DNA of 64,000 bases from Leidyana gryllorum EB-2025a (taxonomy: Eukaryota; Protista; Apicomplexa), in NCBI GenBank assembly GCA_048772705.1, contig JBLWGC010000194.1, forward strand, positions 124,001-188,000, given 5' to 3'. The notes below the pieces were generated by a model, which had not been told where the DNA came from, searched no databases, and saw nothing but the letters and a program-made list of their open reading frames with translations. The translations under genes and the position numbers were made by a program. Positions 1-13,700 of the stretch are shown in pieces. Within the stretch, counting starts at the first letter, position 1. The number at the start of each line of letters is the position of its first letter.

Positions 1-2
1 CT

Positions 3-3000
3 CTCGTCGCTCTTCCGAACACTGACTTCCGATTCGATCTGTTGGCGACTGACGAAACCACGTCGGAGGCGATGGAGGTCCATCCTCGCGAAGGACGGGT
101 CCGAATTCGTCGTGAAACCGCAGTGGATGGCGAAGACCCGTTCCTCGTCCAAGTTTCGGACTCCCGGAATGCCAACAATACTGACATTACAACGATTTTC
201 ATCGCCGAACCCCATGCCTTCCGCCTCCATCATCACCCGCTGCCTCAGCTGTTGCGATCGCTCTTGGGCCCGTCAGCCACAGAAGGAGATGCTCTGCCAC
301 AATTGGAGCAGTTGGCGCTGCGAAGCACTCGAGCTGGGCACAATAACGAAGTTTCAGATGCCATCAAAATGTCGAGTGGGCCCTTGGGAACGAGGTCAGG
401 GAGACGTGGGAACTTGTTGATGAGCGGAAGCAATGGTTCGAGTACATCAGTGTGGTATCTGCCCTTCAACCAGTCAAGTGTCGTGAGCGTTGAGGCTTTG
501 ACTAAAGAAGGCCAAGTGATGATCATTCCCGAGAACGCCAAAATCGACGTCCATGTGCTTGACCAGAACGGGGCGGATGAGACTGAAGACACCGTGGAGT
601 GGCACAGTACCCATGGAAACCTGGGGGTTGTGAGACCTCGTCGTAATGTTGGAGATGTGGGCATCATCAAAGTTGCCTATGAGGGAGTCACTGACACTGA
701 CACCGCAGCCAAATATGCGCCAGAAAGACCGGTTATCGCATCACAGAAATACATTGTCGTGGAACCCATTCGAATCAATGGGATGCCAGAGATGCGCAAT
801 CCAAAAGACTCTAACAACGGATCGGAACCACCCTCGTCCCCCATCCCTATCATTCTACCTGTCGACTACACCGCCAATTTTCTTCTGACAGGGGGTAGTG
901 GCAACTACAATGTTTACTCCTCCAATCCCGAGGTGTGCAGTGTCCGAACGAGCAATGACAACGAGAATCGCGCGATATTGAGTGTCAGCAGTGGCCATAG
1001 GAGTGATGGCGCAATCGCAGAGATTCTCGTCGTAGACGAAAATAATCATCACAATCATTATCGCGTTCATTGCTTGTCTGGAGAAGTTGAGTCGATAATG
1101 TACGATCCCTCAATCACTCAGATCCCGATTGATCCGACCCGTACACGTCGCATTCCCGTACGCGCACGCGCTCACATCCCCGAATCGTTACTGGAAAATC
1201 CTCCCTTCTCTACTTGGGTCCACCCGGACGCCTCCAAACGAGATTTAGAAGACGCAGCCCTCCTCAACGGTCGACCCTTTGGGCTTTATACACAGTGTGG
1301 CCAGCGGGCTTGGACAATGAAGCACACCTCATCACGCTCTGAAGTGACCACCAAGTCAGTTGCGTCTCCGGAGCGCGAACTGTATGAGTGTGACGTGGTG
1401 GAAGTCAGTATGCCCGAAAAGCCTCTGCACATTCAGCTCTTCGGTGCTTTGAGTGCAAATCAGGCAATCGTCGCGACCACCAGCACGGACATTGAGTTCT
1501 TCTCTCACCTGCAAGCATATGTGCCGGCTGAGGAACGTCTCAAGCGACTGAACCTCGGTGCTTATTTAGCTCCAAACCCCGCAACAGAGGAACTAAGTCG
1601 GGTGACATCGAGTCGATTGGGACACAGCGTCAGTCTCGCACTGGGCGGATCGATCGAGATTGATCTGATGGGCGGCCCGAGTTCGAAACCAGAATGCCAC
1701 CGGTCCTTCAAGTATCACGTCTCACTATCTGATGTGATTGATATAGTTCCGTTGAAGCGTCCCACAGACACAACATTGCCTTTCTTGTTGGTGGACGGAG
1801 CCTTCCAAGTCACATGTCTGCAAAAGTCCCCCATGGTGGGCTTGGTTTTCACGCTCGAGAGCAGTTGCACAGAGGAGGCTCTGGAGACTCGAATCAACAT
1901 TGGCTGTGCAGTTCCTCACTTTATCAGAGTTGTCCCTGATGACAGCCACCAAGAGTACCCTGTGGAACCGCTGGCCCCTCTGGAGCCAGTGACAAGTGGA
2001 TCTCTGGTCCAAATCGTTGGCAAGTCACAGGGAGTGACGAGTCCTCGAGACACCAGTATACCCTTCCGCATCCACGCGACCTGCAGTGATTCTCATGAAT
2101 TCGAGCTGGTCGCATGGGATCACCTCCGTCGCCCTCTGATCGATCTCGGCCCTTTCCGTGTGACCTGGGGACTGATGAGAAAGTCGGACAAAGACAAGAC
2201 CAGTGGAGAGCTCAGCGGGAAGCTGACACAACATGAGAGCGACACGATGATTAGTCTCCAGAGTCCCTCGACCTCTTGCACTTCAGAGTCTAAACTTGCT
2301 GCCCTTCTATATTATTCTGGAGAGATAAGACTGCCGCCTCATATCATTAAAAGTGAGTCTCTCTCTCAACTCATCTCTGTGTGCATTTGATCCTCTCCTC
2401 GCACCACAGGCGTCTCTGCATTTCTGGCCAGCGACTATGCCACCAATCTCGATGGTCCGTGGCTGGAAGATGCCCGGCTCCACACGGGCATTGAGGTTGC
2501 ATTCAAACCATTGACGAGACTGTTACCACACTACAATGATGTGCCGCTCATCAACCGACCCGATTGGCATTATCGCTTGGTTCACGAGTTTTGTTCGAGT
2601 CGGACTCGCTATTCAATAGATGGGCCCGCCTCGCTTGTTGCCGTGGAAAGCCATCGCGACTTGACCACTATGCCCTCAACTCTAGCGCTCACCGAATACG
2701 AGAAAGAGCCCGTTATTGACCTGGTCAAAGAGGCAGACTTTATGGTGGCCCCGCACAATGCCCCAAGAATCAGTCCCTTCAGCCCGGACCTTCCCACCAA
2801 CTACGATGACATTCTTGTCAAAGCCGAACGCGTTGGTGACGTGGTGTTCACTGCTGTCGATCACGCCCTATTGGGTGGCTCTGCACTGAAGACAAAGATG
2901 TCATTCCATACGATGACTGGTTTGGACGTGGAAGTGTATGATCTGGCGGATGACACTTTGGTGGCGTCGAGCAGGAAGGCAAAGGCTGGGGTCGTCCAGG

Positions 3001-5449
3001 AGCTCGAGACTGACACCCTTTATGGACTGAAGCCGATTCCGCACGTGGAAGGCCGAGCCACGCACCCACTCATCGCTCGCCTGCTCAAAGTGGAGATGGT
3101 GCTGAGCCCCGACAGCGACACTTTCGAACTGGAGCCTGTACCAGATCTCTCATCGGTCTACTCTCATCGCATGAAAATCTCCACTCTGGGCATGTACACA
3201 TTGGCGACCGCGGAGGGTGAAGACGCCTCTCCGGAGGAGTCCCTCGTTGCTCTCGATCTGATGTTGCACAAGCGTCTCCGCGTCCAACCTCGAGAACTCA
3301 CCCTTCTTCCAGGAGGACACACGTGGGAACTGGATGTGAGCGGAGGAGGAGCGGCTATGAAGCAGTATCAGCTGGAGTCCAGCGATCCAACAGTAGTCGA
3401 AGTACTGGAGGGTACCACTCACCTCAGACCGCGGTTGAGGACTCTGAACAAGGGAACGGCCACCGTTCGCATATTGCGGGGTGATGGCGAGCCCTGGCAA
3501 CCACACGAAAAGGTTCCCACGGTTCAAGTGACGGTTGGATATCCGGTCCGCGGTGGTGTCTTGTACGATGACCGGATGAATCTGAAGGAGGGCAAAAACG
3601 GTGATCTGACGTTACCCACGAATCGCGTCAGTCGTGTACGTGGCACACTGCTGAGTGGCACCCACCAGCAGTTCACTCCCGGCAATATAGTGTGGCCTCA
3701 AGGACCCATCGAACCCGTGTTCGGTAGGCCATTAGCGGTTGACACACACTTTAATGACATTCATCATTCTCTTTTCAGGAAAAGGGGCCAATCAAGCGAC
3801 CTACGCCTGCAAGTACACTTGGCATTCTCTGACACCGGACATCACACAGATTGTTGCCGAAGATGAACAAGATATATCCCTGAGGGATGAAAAGATACCG
3901 GAAAAGTTAGAGTTCCGGATCAGTCCCGGTCTCACGAAGAAAGTTTCCGGATTCGGTCGCCTTGCTGCCACCATTTATGCCGTGGAGCCGGGCAGCGGTC
4001 GTGTGAGTTTCACAGCTGAGTGTGCGGACCGTCAGAAATGGGTAAGACCGCCGACTTTGATTCCTGACAATCGGTCTCAGGGCTCTCCGTTCTCCCGATG
4101 GGTTGATACGACCATTTTCACGGTGTTCCAATACGACGAAGGCGCCGGGATCCGTGAATTAGACGCTTTCGCTGAACGAACAGCATTCTCTGATGTCAGA
4201 GCTCCTCAGCTCATGACACCCTATGGTCAGTATGCAGTGATGGACCAGTTGCTCAACGCCACCGGCTGGGCCTCTGCGAGGTATCGCAACGATCCCTCCA
4301 GACGCCAGCCAGAGATAATGGGGGCTCATATGCATACCGGGGAGCCTTTGAGATTGGTCCCCGGCGGAAGTTATACCTTCTCTCCATCTTGGGAGGGCGC
4401 TTGGAACTACACCGCCATCTGCTACAGTGAAGGAGGAATGGCACCGATCCCTAAAGTTTGCGGTCCTGGAATGGCTATCACGACTCACACCAGTTGTAAC
4501 CGAGCAATGCATTTCACAACCTCAACTACTCCCAACTTGGCCGCCTCTCTGGCGCTCAGAGGAGGCGGTGTCTACGGACAGGTTGCCGTTGTCTCTCTGC
4601 TGACTGCTGATGTCGCCGAGGTCCACATTGTGCTGTCAAATGAGTTTCATAGCGGGAACCGACCGAACTTGGACGCCAAAGGCGCGTCGCGTCCTATTCG
4701 TCTGACAAGCGGTGCCTCGCAGAAGTTTAAAGTAATTCTCAGAGATGCTCTTCGGCGTGAGGTACTCCCCCCAGCCAACATGGAGTAAGTGCACTCACAA
4801 AAGTCCTTATGCAAACTCTGTTGTTTCCCCTCTCAGAGCTATGATAATCTCAAGCCATCCGTCTGTTGCACGACCGCAAGGACCTGCAGACCCCATTTGG
4901 CCGCGCGGACAATTCGAGCTGGTCGCTGGCGTTGAAGGATGCGCTTCTTTGAGTGTCTCGGTCATTCTGCACCGCCGAATTGTGACCGATGTGGTCACTG
5001 TTTGTGTTTCGGGTTCTTCCAGTCTCCCAGTGCGTGGTGCGATTGATGGGGAATTGATGGAGGGCACTGAACTGGCAAGCGAGGCTGAACCCGTGGCGGA
5101 AACCTGGACACATGCCATCTTACGGCCGTGGTTGGACAGTTGGCGCTTGTTACCGGGAGGCCTACTGGCCTTGGGCGTGGGTTTGGTGATCTTCCTGTCT
5201 GGGAACTGGCTGAAGCCTAGACACCCCGGCGCTGACCGGGGTGACTATGGGAACGATCAAAGGGGCACTGGGCCGGCTAACCCACGTTCACCACAGAAGA
5301 CATGGCAAGCTGAGGCTGACCCGGGCTCACCGTCTCGGACTGCTGTGTCGGCGTTCCCCTCCTCTCGAAGACTGTATGCACAACCTCCTGGGGCTGGAAC
5401 TGGCGAAGGAATACCCGAGTCTTTAGTTCGGCGACGACTAGTAGAATGA
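3..5449 (+). CDS. NUP210: Nuclear pore membrane glycoprotein gp210/Nup210-like, 5'-truncated; introns 2353-2409, 3724-3778, 4785-4836
   Basis: Four ORFs (42-2390, 2511-3866, 3739-4788, 4745-5449) join in frame across three GT-AG introns (phases checked). Repeated Ig-like/BIG2-type signatures (LLTGGSGNYNVYSSNPEVCSV; LTLLPGG...ESSDPTVVEV; SSHPSVA) precede one C-terminal TM helix (LLPGGLLALGVGLVIFLSG) and a short SP-rich tail. The frame is open to the window edge. Confidence 0.7.
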
Positions 5450-5618
5450 GGATAGAAAGCGCATCATCAATATGTATAGACTTAACCATCGTGTACTTGT
5501 TCAACCACTCAGAAGAGTCAACAACCTGACCCGTGCATTTAGGGGGCGGTGGTGGTAACAGCCACCGTCTCCCGAAAAGTCGCGGCTCGATTTGGTCGAA
5601 AATTCGTGCGTTGCCGCA

Positions 5619-6268
5619 ATGGGGCGAGACTTGGCCAACCCTGGGCCGTTGGGCCTGTGTGCTTTTGGTGAGTCGGTTTGTTGGAGTGAGATGTGCAACA
5701 CGACTCGGTTACAGGCATGACCACGCTGATATTGAACATGCATAACGCGGGATGGTTTCCTCTAACCTCCGTTGTGTTAGCAATGGGTTTGATCTATGGC
5801 GGTTTTGTGCAAGCTGTGGCTGGAGTTTTGGATTACATCAATGGCAACACTTTCGGTTTGACAGCCTTCGCTTCCTACGGGTCCTTCTGGATGGCCTTTG
5901 GATTGATGAAGTTGCTCCCTATCATGGAACTAGCTCAGCCCCCGAGTTCTAAAGGAGTGGGTGCCTGGCTGTTAGTGTGGGGGATCTTCACCGCTGCCAT
6001 GGTCGTTGGGACTCTGAAGTCGAACTACTGTTTGACCGGAATCTTTGTGCTACTGGCAATCCTGTTCTTCTTGTTGGCTGCCGCTGATTTTAGCGACAAC
6101 ACAGTGTTGGGCAACGTGGCTGGCTATGAGGGCTTGCTCACTGGCGCCCTGGCCTTATACACAGGTCTCGCTGAGGTCATCAACATTACTTTGAAGAAGG
6201 ATCTCATCCCCACCGGCGCGCGACATCAATATGCACCTTTAGACGAAGAACCTTTGAAGACTGTTTAG
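5619..6268 (+). CDS. satP: GPR1/FUN34/YaaH (SatP/AceTr) acetate-succinate channel; intron 5668-5714
   Basis: Exon 1 encodes MGRDLANPGPLGLCAF and splices across a 47-nt intron to GMTTLILN, restoring the family signature ANP(A/G)PLGLxxF. Also GNTFGLTAFASYGSFW and six hydrophobic helices. Confidence 0.92.
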
Positions 6269-6294
6269 CCTAAATGCGTTGAAAAATTCCTAAA

Positions 6295-7146
6295 ATGGGG
6301 TTGCCTATTCGACTTACCCCCGAATCCTCTGCACGGACTGACACTTTTTTCTTCAACATCTCGCTAGCAGCTGCATTCCCACAATTGGCTCATCTCGTAC
6401 CCGTCCAAGTCACTCCGAGCGATGTCCTCACCTTATGTCTCACGGGAAGAGCTCACTCGCGGTTCATGTTGCATCCCAATCTATGGGTCGTCGACTGGGA
6501 AACCTTCACCGACAATCACACCAAACACGAGTATTGGCTATCTGAGTTAGCCAAGCGTTATCCGCAGAGCTACGTCTCGAGTCGGAAGCGTCTCGCAAAG
6601 CTCCGGAAACTAGGATCGGAGTCCAAGCCCTACACTCCAATTCGCATGTCCGACATTCCTACCAGCGGGGACGATACACAGATTGTTCGCGAGGAAATCG
6701 AATTGGCAATTATGAATATAACCCGCCGATGCAAGTATTTCCGCTCAGGAGTATCTCTACAGCAAGCAACAGACGTTCACTTCACCACAGATGATCGCGT
6801 CATAGCCCTCCTAGCCCTCATCAGAACCAGCTGTGACGATGCTGCGACTACTGTTAATAGCATTTGCTCTCACTATGACATGGAGGCGGCTCAAGTGATT
6901 CGCGCGGTATGCAATGGATTACACGCGCACGTGGCGCAGGCGCGTGTCGAGCCAACCAATGTTCAAAAACACATCGAGCTCGTGGACGTCCATGTTGCGG
7001 AATTCATCACCAAGCTCCAAAATATTGCCGAGTCAGTTGTCGTCTCTCCTTCAGTAGCCATGCGATTGTCGGTGACCATGGGAGCCGAATGTCAAATCTC
7101 CAACACCGAAGAAACGAACATTTGCATCCAGCTTCTGGCGGATTGA
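6295..7146 (+). CDS. Hypothetical protein (283 aa; 3' end could be altered by an unseen intron)
   Basis: Long ORF with taaaATG context starting 26 nt after the satP stop; no recognisable motif. Confidence 0.55.
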   Translation: MGLPIRLTPESSARTDTFFFNISLAAAFPQLAHLVPVQVTPSDVLTLCLTGRAHSRFMLHPNLWVVDWETFTDNHTKHEYWLSELAKRYPQSYVSSRKRLAKLRKLGSESKPYTPIRMSDIPTSGDDTQIVREEIELAIMNITRRCKYFRSGVSLQQATDVHFTTDDRVIALLALIRTSCDDAATTVNSICSHYDMEAAQVIRAVCNGLHAHVAQARVEPTNVQKHIELVDVHVAEFITKLQNIAESVVVSPSVAMRLSVTMGAECQISNTEETNICIQLLAD

Positions 7147-7232
7147 ATCCATTTGACGAGAACGCCCCGCCCCCCGCGGATTCGGAACCACCACTCCTTG
7201 GCGAGTTGCAATCCAGTCCCACTGGTCAGCAG

Positions 7233-10200
7233 CTAAGGAGCCTTCAGGCTCGCGTCCATCTTCCCCTTTCCATCTGCTCCCACGACAGGGGTGGATTTCG
7301 GGTCAGGGGCTTTCACGGCTCCGACTTTAGTCGGGAGAACCTTCGATGCCTCTGTACCGAGCGCTTGCACGATTAATGCGGGTGTAGCAGACGCCCCTTT
7401 TCCATCCACCACAACCTCTGCCTTCGCCTCCTTCGCTGAGGTCGATACTACTTCCTTTACTTCTCCATTTCCCACCGTCTTCTTGATCGCTGGTCGTGAT
7501 ACTGACAGGTCCGTGGTTTCTTTCTTCGGATCTGCACGCTTTTGTTCTGGTGCTGTTGCTGTAGAGGAGGGTGCCATCTTCACCCGATCACCTCCCTTGT
7601 TCTTAGCTGCCGACGACTTGGGCTCCCCGATCACCGACTTTGCCCCTCCCGATCCCACCACCGCCGCCCCGCTTTTCGGACGTGAGGAGGGGGCTGCGCC
7701 CACTTTTGTTGCCATCGCCGATTTATTCTTTACGGTCGTCGCTGATGAAATCGTCTTCGCCTGTGCACTTTTTTGGCGCGCACCCTCCCCGCCTTCGTCC
7801 TTCCTGATATCCTCGCTGATCCCCATCGAATTCTCGCGATTATGTCTGGGTTCATACAATGAATGCCAACCCGGTCTGCGGTAAACTATACGCCAATAGC
7901 TTTCGGGCGCAGGTCCAGGTTCTTTAGGTACAATCCAGTCCATAGGGAACTTCAGAGGATTCAAGTCCACTTTTTTCGGTTTCACGACATTCTTCTGCGG
8001 GGCTTTCGATACTGTGGGTTCAACCTTCTTAACAATCGGCAGCCCCGGAAATGACCGGGAGGGATAGAAGTCCGTGACATGATATAAGCGTGGCCACGAG
8101 CGAGGCTCCACACGGCTGGGGAACGCCACATAGTCTGACCATTTGGTGATCTGATCTGAAATGGCGGCCTTATCTTCAGCCAACATGGCCATGAGCGCAT
8201 GCGACAAGTCAATTAGGATTTGTCGGTCTTCTTCGCCAAAAAGCGCCCGCCAAGAAGTCATACGATAGAGACTCGTAAGCAGGTGTGGGTAAAACAACAC
8301 CTTCTGGGTCTTTGCCTTCGGCTGACACATATCGGTCAACCATTGGCTTCCAGAACTCCTCTGCCTTGTAGTCGCACGCCTCTTCCACGTCAACGGTAAC
8401 AATGTCCTCCTCCGGTCGCACCAAGTCGCGGTAGCCGCTGAGAGTCTCGCATGGCTGGCCGAGATCAAGCTTGAACAACTGCTCTTGAATGCCTGTATGA
8501 GGGGAAGGGTGCACCATGTCGCCACTGAAGGATGTGTAGACTCACTTTCTGCCACCGTGTGAGCGATTGCGGCAGGCCGATACCGAGGGTCCTTCTGGAG
8601 AGTGGCAACAACGTTGCGCCTGGCTTCAGCCGAGGTTCTGATAGTGCACAGTCGCAATGGTCTATGGAGCGTCACCCACATTGACTTTCTGTTGACAGTC
8701 TGCGCTACATATTGGTGTCTAGCGATAACCTTATAGGCGTCTGTATTGAGTTCCACTCTTCGACGAATCTCTTCTCCCAGCTTTGCGATGATCAGTTTGC
8801 GGCTCTCTTTCAGCATCTGCGATTTCTTATTCAGGATTTGCAGTCTGCGAATGTGATCTTGGCGACGATCACGTAAGGACTTTCTCCATTCGTTTCGCTG
8901 AGCCACGTCTTCCTCCATGTTCACTATACCTTCCACTCTCAAAGGTAGATGACGTATTACACCCATCAGCAGCTGAGCACTTATATCCTCGAATTCCTTC
9001 GACATGGCGGTCCAAGCCTGAAGCTCTCTGTTGTGGCGTTCAGTAACGGTCCTCATCTGTTGTGGATCATCTCAATTGCGCATGATATCATCAAACTTAC
9101 AGCGCCCGAACACTCATTGATCTCTCTGCGAATCTTGGACACGTTCACGGCTGTGTCAGAGGTCTGCAACTCCGGAGCAGAATCAACGGTCTGGGCCTTT
9201 GCCACAGGACAATGCAAAATATGGTCGGCGTAAGCTGTCGGTAAAATTGATTGATTCTGTGCATCGCTCTCTCACTGCGCAAGAGGTCGCGGGTCTGTTC
9301 CACAACCGGCAAGTCGAAGATTTTGTTCGCACTGCGCTCGGTCACTTGGGTTCCCCAAATCGCGTGATATGGATGTGCCTCGTCCCATCCCAGCTCCATG
9401 GGGAACGGTGGAAACGTGGGAGCTGTGTCCAAAGCAATGCACGATCCTCGTTGGATGCACCGCTGGAAGCCCTGCGTCTCGGAAGCTTCCTCAGGATCCG
9501 TGTCAGTTTCGTTGTTGTGGAAATACAAGACGCCTCCGTGCAGTATTGTTTCGGACCCCACCATAACTGAAGGACTATGTGGGACAAGTCAATCACAGCT
9601 TGACAGTACCTCGCATGCCAGCTATAACACTGGGATTCCGATCTGTTATGGCGAAGTGGACCACCGCTTGGCCTCCGTCATGCTGCTCAATCTGCAACAA
9701 ACGAACGGCTCCAATGGGTTCCACCTTGAGATCTCTGGTATCCAAAGTGGGGTTTCCATAACGATCCTTTAGTTCAACCACAACGGTCTGCATCACGGGA
9801 TACAACCTCAAAAACCAACGCAGAATGCTCACTCCTTGTCCTCCAACCTGAATGACAGACGATGCGACCTTTGCTACCGACTCTAAGGGATCCGGTCGAT
9901 TCGGAGAGACCGTCACACAGGCCGGGGCACCCATGATTGGGTCATACCGCCATTCGTCGTCCGATCCGTCATTCCGTTTCCCGATTCGACCAGCCACCAA
10001 AATGATGTACGACCCGGACAATCGGGGAAACCAGAGAGTCTATGGAGCAGAACAATGAGAGCACCATCAAAACTCATCGCTCACTTCAAACGTCGGTATT
10101 TCGGTATTCAAACAATCTTGAGCCCATCGAAGAGTGATCTTTTCTTCCGTCTCCGCGTAATCTCCTGCCCTCAATGCCAATAACCGGTCCACCACTTCAG

Positions 10201-10587
10201 GTCTGAACCGATACACCGTACAGAGGAAAGCCGCCGGTGGAGGAGTGACTGCACGTGGAGGCCCACTGTAAATCACTCGACACTGTAGGCTGGGTGATAT
10301 CACGCTGGACAGCCGGCGGGGCTTACCCTCAAGCTCGATCCCGCCACAACCACAGTACTACTCAACGAAAGCTTCCATTCTGTGGGATCAACGATTGCAT
10401 TCGTATCCACTCGAGAAGGGGCATGATGCTGAATAGCCGGCATTGTCACGGGGTAGTTATCTTGCATCTGACAGGCAGTAAATCCCTCCAATTGTGCAGT
10501 CTCACCTCCGCGTCTCGCCGGCGGGCACATGAGGGCCGACCTAAGCAATATGGTACTGTGACAGGTCATCCTCACCACAATATGCAT
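7233..10587 (-). CDS. Multi-exon hypothetical protein (~1000 aa) with central coiled coil and Lys/Ala-rich C-terminal tail; start uncertain
   Basis: Minus-strand ORFs 10300-10599, 10067-10303, 9593-10021, 9145-9564 and 7233-9056 join through GT-AG introns (e.g. AGG|gtaagc...ctacag|TGT; GCT|gtaagt...caacag|ATG). The reading frame around 8200-8700 is ambiguous. Confidence 0.55.
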
Positions 10588-10746
10588 GATATGGAACACC
10601 TAGTGAGGTCAGGACATCATGCAACCAGGCGATGGGATTTTGAGGTTTTTGTGAACTTGTAGTGGCAGCTTCGTGGTCGGAGTGGCTCATTGCAGCATAA
10701 CAGCACAGCAGCTGATGCCGGAGAAGTGCGGAAACACACACGTGCG

Positions 10747-13700
10747 ATGGTGCCGGGAATGATGCAAGCAGAAGTAGCTCCGTTATCGACAGCCAGCGAG
10801 TGTCGGCGAGGCACAAGTAGTGGGAGCCGTTCTACGCTGCTGTCTGAAATTCAATACCACTTCGAGCCTGAGGGCACTCCCATGGGGTCGCCGCGACTGC
10901 CCTTGCCTCATGAGTTGCTACGACGAGCTTCTACCCCCCAGGATGAGATGCCGAGGGCTCGAACTGCCTCACCCGCCACCCATCTGCCTGCGACTCAAGG
11001 CTCGACGCCTTTGAGCGGCCCTGCGATGGAGCACGGCGGCAATTCTGGAAGATCTGTCTCCTCTATAAATGCTGTTCCACTTGGGTTTGTATCGGTTAAG
11101 CGAAGCCCCATTGCGGCACATTGCACAACGCCGCTGACAGGGCGTCGTACGTCAAGGTTCCCAGGTCTACCAGAGGGCATACCGCCGTCAACGCCGGGCC
11201 ATCGCTTTCTCCCACCGGAGGCTACCCCAACCAGCACCCGTCACGGCAGTTCTAGACTAACACATGGGTCCTTTATGACCAGTGCAGTGACCCCCACCAA
11301 TGCTACACCCCGTCAAGTCCGCTCTCACACCTCCTGCCTGAAAGAAGAGCTTATATGTCCCATTTGTTTGGACGCCTACCGCTTACCTGTCACAGTGCCT
11401 TGCGGTCACACCTTCTGCCGGTATGTATTGTAGTGTAACTACCCGTGGATCGTGCAGGCGGGTGGCATGATTGCCGAGTCCCAAAGTAATAAGTGGCCAT
11501 CTTAGGTATTGTATCTCACAAGGAAACGTTTATCGAGAGGCTTGTCCCTTGTGTCGTACGCCTCTTGGTAACACGTTGAGCATTAACATGGTGTTGCACA
11601 ATCTGATCAAGGCTATGGGAGTCGAGAGACGTGGGGGTCGTACCCCTTGTGCTCTCCCTCGCGAAATCAGCGGGCTCTCCGCCGCCTCTATAATTACTCC
11701 TCAATGGTGGAGTTCGAAACTTGGCAAAGCAGGAGTTCCTCTCCAAATATTCCTCAAGGTGCTGATGTCTGATTTGAAGGGGGATACTGACAGCGTAAGG
11801 TTTGTCACAGAGACAATGGGGAAATCGCTGCTTCTTGCAGCTTTTCTTCGACGATCTCGTATCCTGTGTCTCTGATTTCATGGATCGCGAGCATCTGTGG
11901 TCTCCTGCACGATTGTGAGTAGCGTACTGGTGTGCTGCCATTGTCGTAACCTCAGGCTGACGAATATGCAGGGGGCAATAAGTTTCGCCGAGCGGGCCTC
12001 GATACGATCTGACAACCCTCAAAGTGAGATCAGGTAACCGGTTGTGCAACCTCAGTTCAGGTAATTTGGAGAACATAAGGTCATGGGTTGAGGCCTATGT
12101 GGAAAACAAGCCCCACACAATCGCTGCGAATAGCTCTGTCGGTAGGATGTTGGGAGAAATTCAGTTGTTGGAACACTCTCTCGATCATTCAGAGCCTCAA
12201 TATCCGAGTTTGAGCTTCAACCTGATCGCCGATAAACTGCATCGGGTGGAGGGAAAGTCAATCCCATGTTCGATGATAAGTGTAAGTTGACTGCTCGAAG
12301 GCGGCTTGGCGGACAAAGTCTCGTAGGCCAAGATTCCGTGGACGGGAGGTCGCCACACCAGCTCAATTCTCCAGATATCGCACTCGAGTATATCCCTGTT
12401 CCACTTCCTGATTGTCCCCACTTCTTCAAGCACTGCGTCGCAACATGGTGAGACAGAGGTCTCAGTGGTGTATCTGCCAATGTCAATCAGCACATGAGGG
12501 CGGCCAAACGAAGCTCAAAATGTCATTGGTGGACTGTGGCTCCTCGATCGGAACCATGACAAAGTATGTCAGTTCAGGTCTCTCTCTGTGGCTCTGTATT
12601 GATTGCCGCGTGTCTCAGGCTTCCGTCTGTCAGCACACTGCGGGATGGAGATATCCTTCATCTTGCGGACTACCTGGAACTTCAAGTTACTTTCTTGGAC
12701 TGGGAGAAAAGCGCCCTGGAGTACCGTCATGCTGATCAAGAAGGAGTCTTTTCCCCCATGAACGAAGTACGAGTTTGGGATGTCGTGGAGAAACGAGTAG
12801 CAACTCTGCCCTATCTCACAGTTTTTGACGAAGAATGGCATCCTGGCAACGACCAGCCCGATGGACGTGCTATCAGATGGCGGCTAGACGAGAAGCAATT
12901 CACTCCAATCCCTTTATTGAAAGTGCAGCTCGTTCGTGGGGGATGGCAGACCTCTTCCGAGGGGGGGCAGAACAGCGGTCGTGCTGTTGGAGAAAATGCG
13001 GACAGTACCATCCCTGCCTCCTGGATTGTTGACCCAAAGGGTGTCGTTATTGGCCGAGGCCCTACATTTACCGTCCCCGTTTCTCGAAAGGTGAGACAAC
13101 ATCGACTCTCTCCGGCCGGGGCAATACCGTCTCCCACCACAGATTACGGTCACTGAAACCAATGGGTTTGTATCCAGAGAACATTGCATTTTGTGTTATC
13201 GCACCCTGCCCGACAGCGACAACCCAGTATGGCAGGTGCGGGATGTTTCATCCATAGGTACATTCCGGAAGCTGCGACCTCATGTGGATTCTGTAAGCAA
13301 TACACACTCTCCTTCGTGTCGCAGACCCCTTCTAGATACCTTTGGAGATTGGCTCATTGTTCAAAGTGGGACAGTGCAAGATCGAGGTGGTGGCTGAAAT
13401 GAGGCCGAGACTCTCGGAACGAGATGTGTCGGCCAGTGTGAACTTGAGCTCGCGAGGACCAGCTGTTCCGCCGCCAGCCCCGCCCTCTCTATCTTGGAGT
13501 GCAAACGTAGTACGACAAAGTGCCGCTTCCACCTCGAACAATGGACGGCTCTTCTTGAGCAACGCAGCGACGGGGTCCCCGGCTGCCCCCCCGCCGCCTG
13601 GAGCAGACTTTACGTACACAGACTCTCTTGGTCCGAGTCAAACGCAACACCGCTTCCCGTCAGGGCCGGGACCGGGCCGCTTCCCGCTGCCACTGGCATT

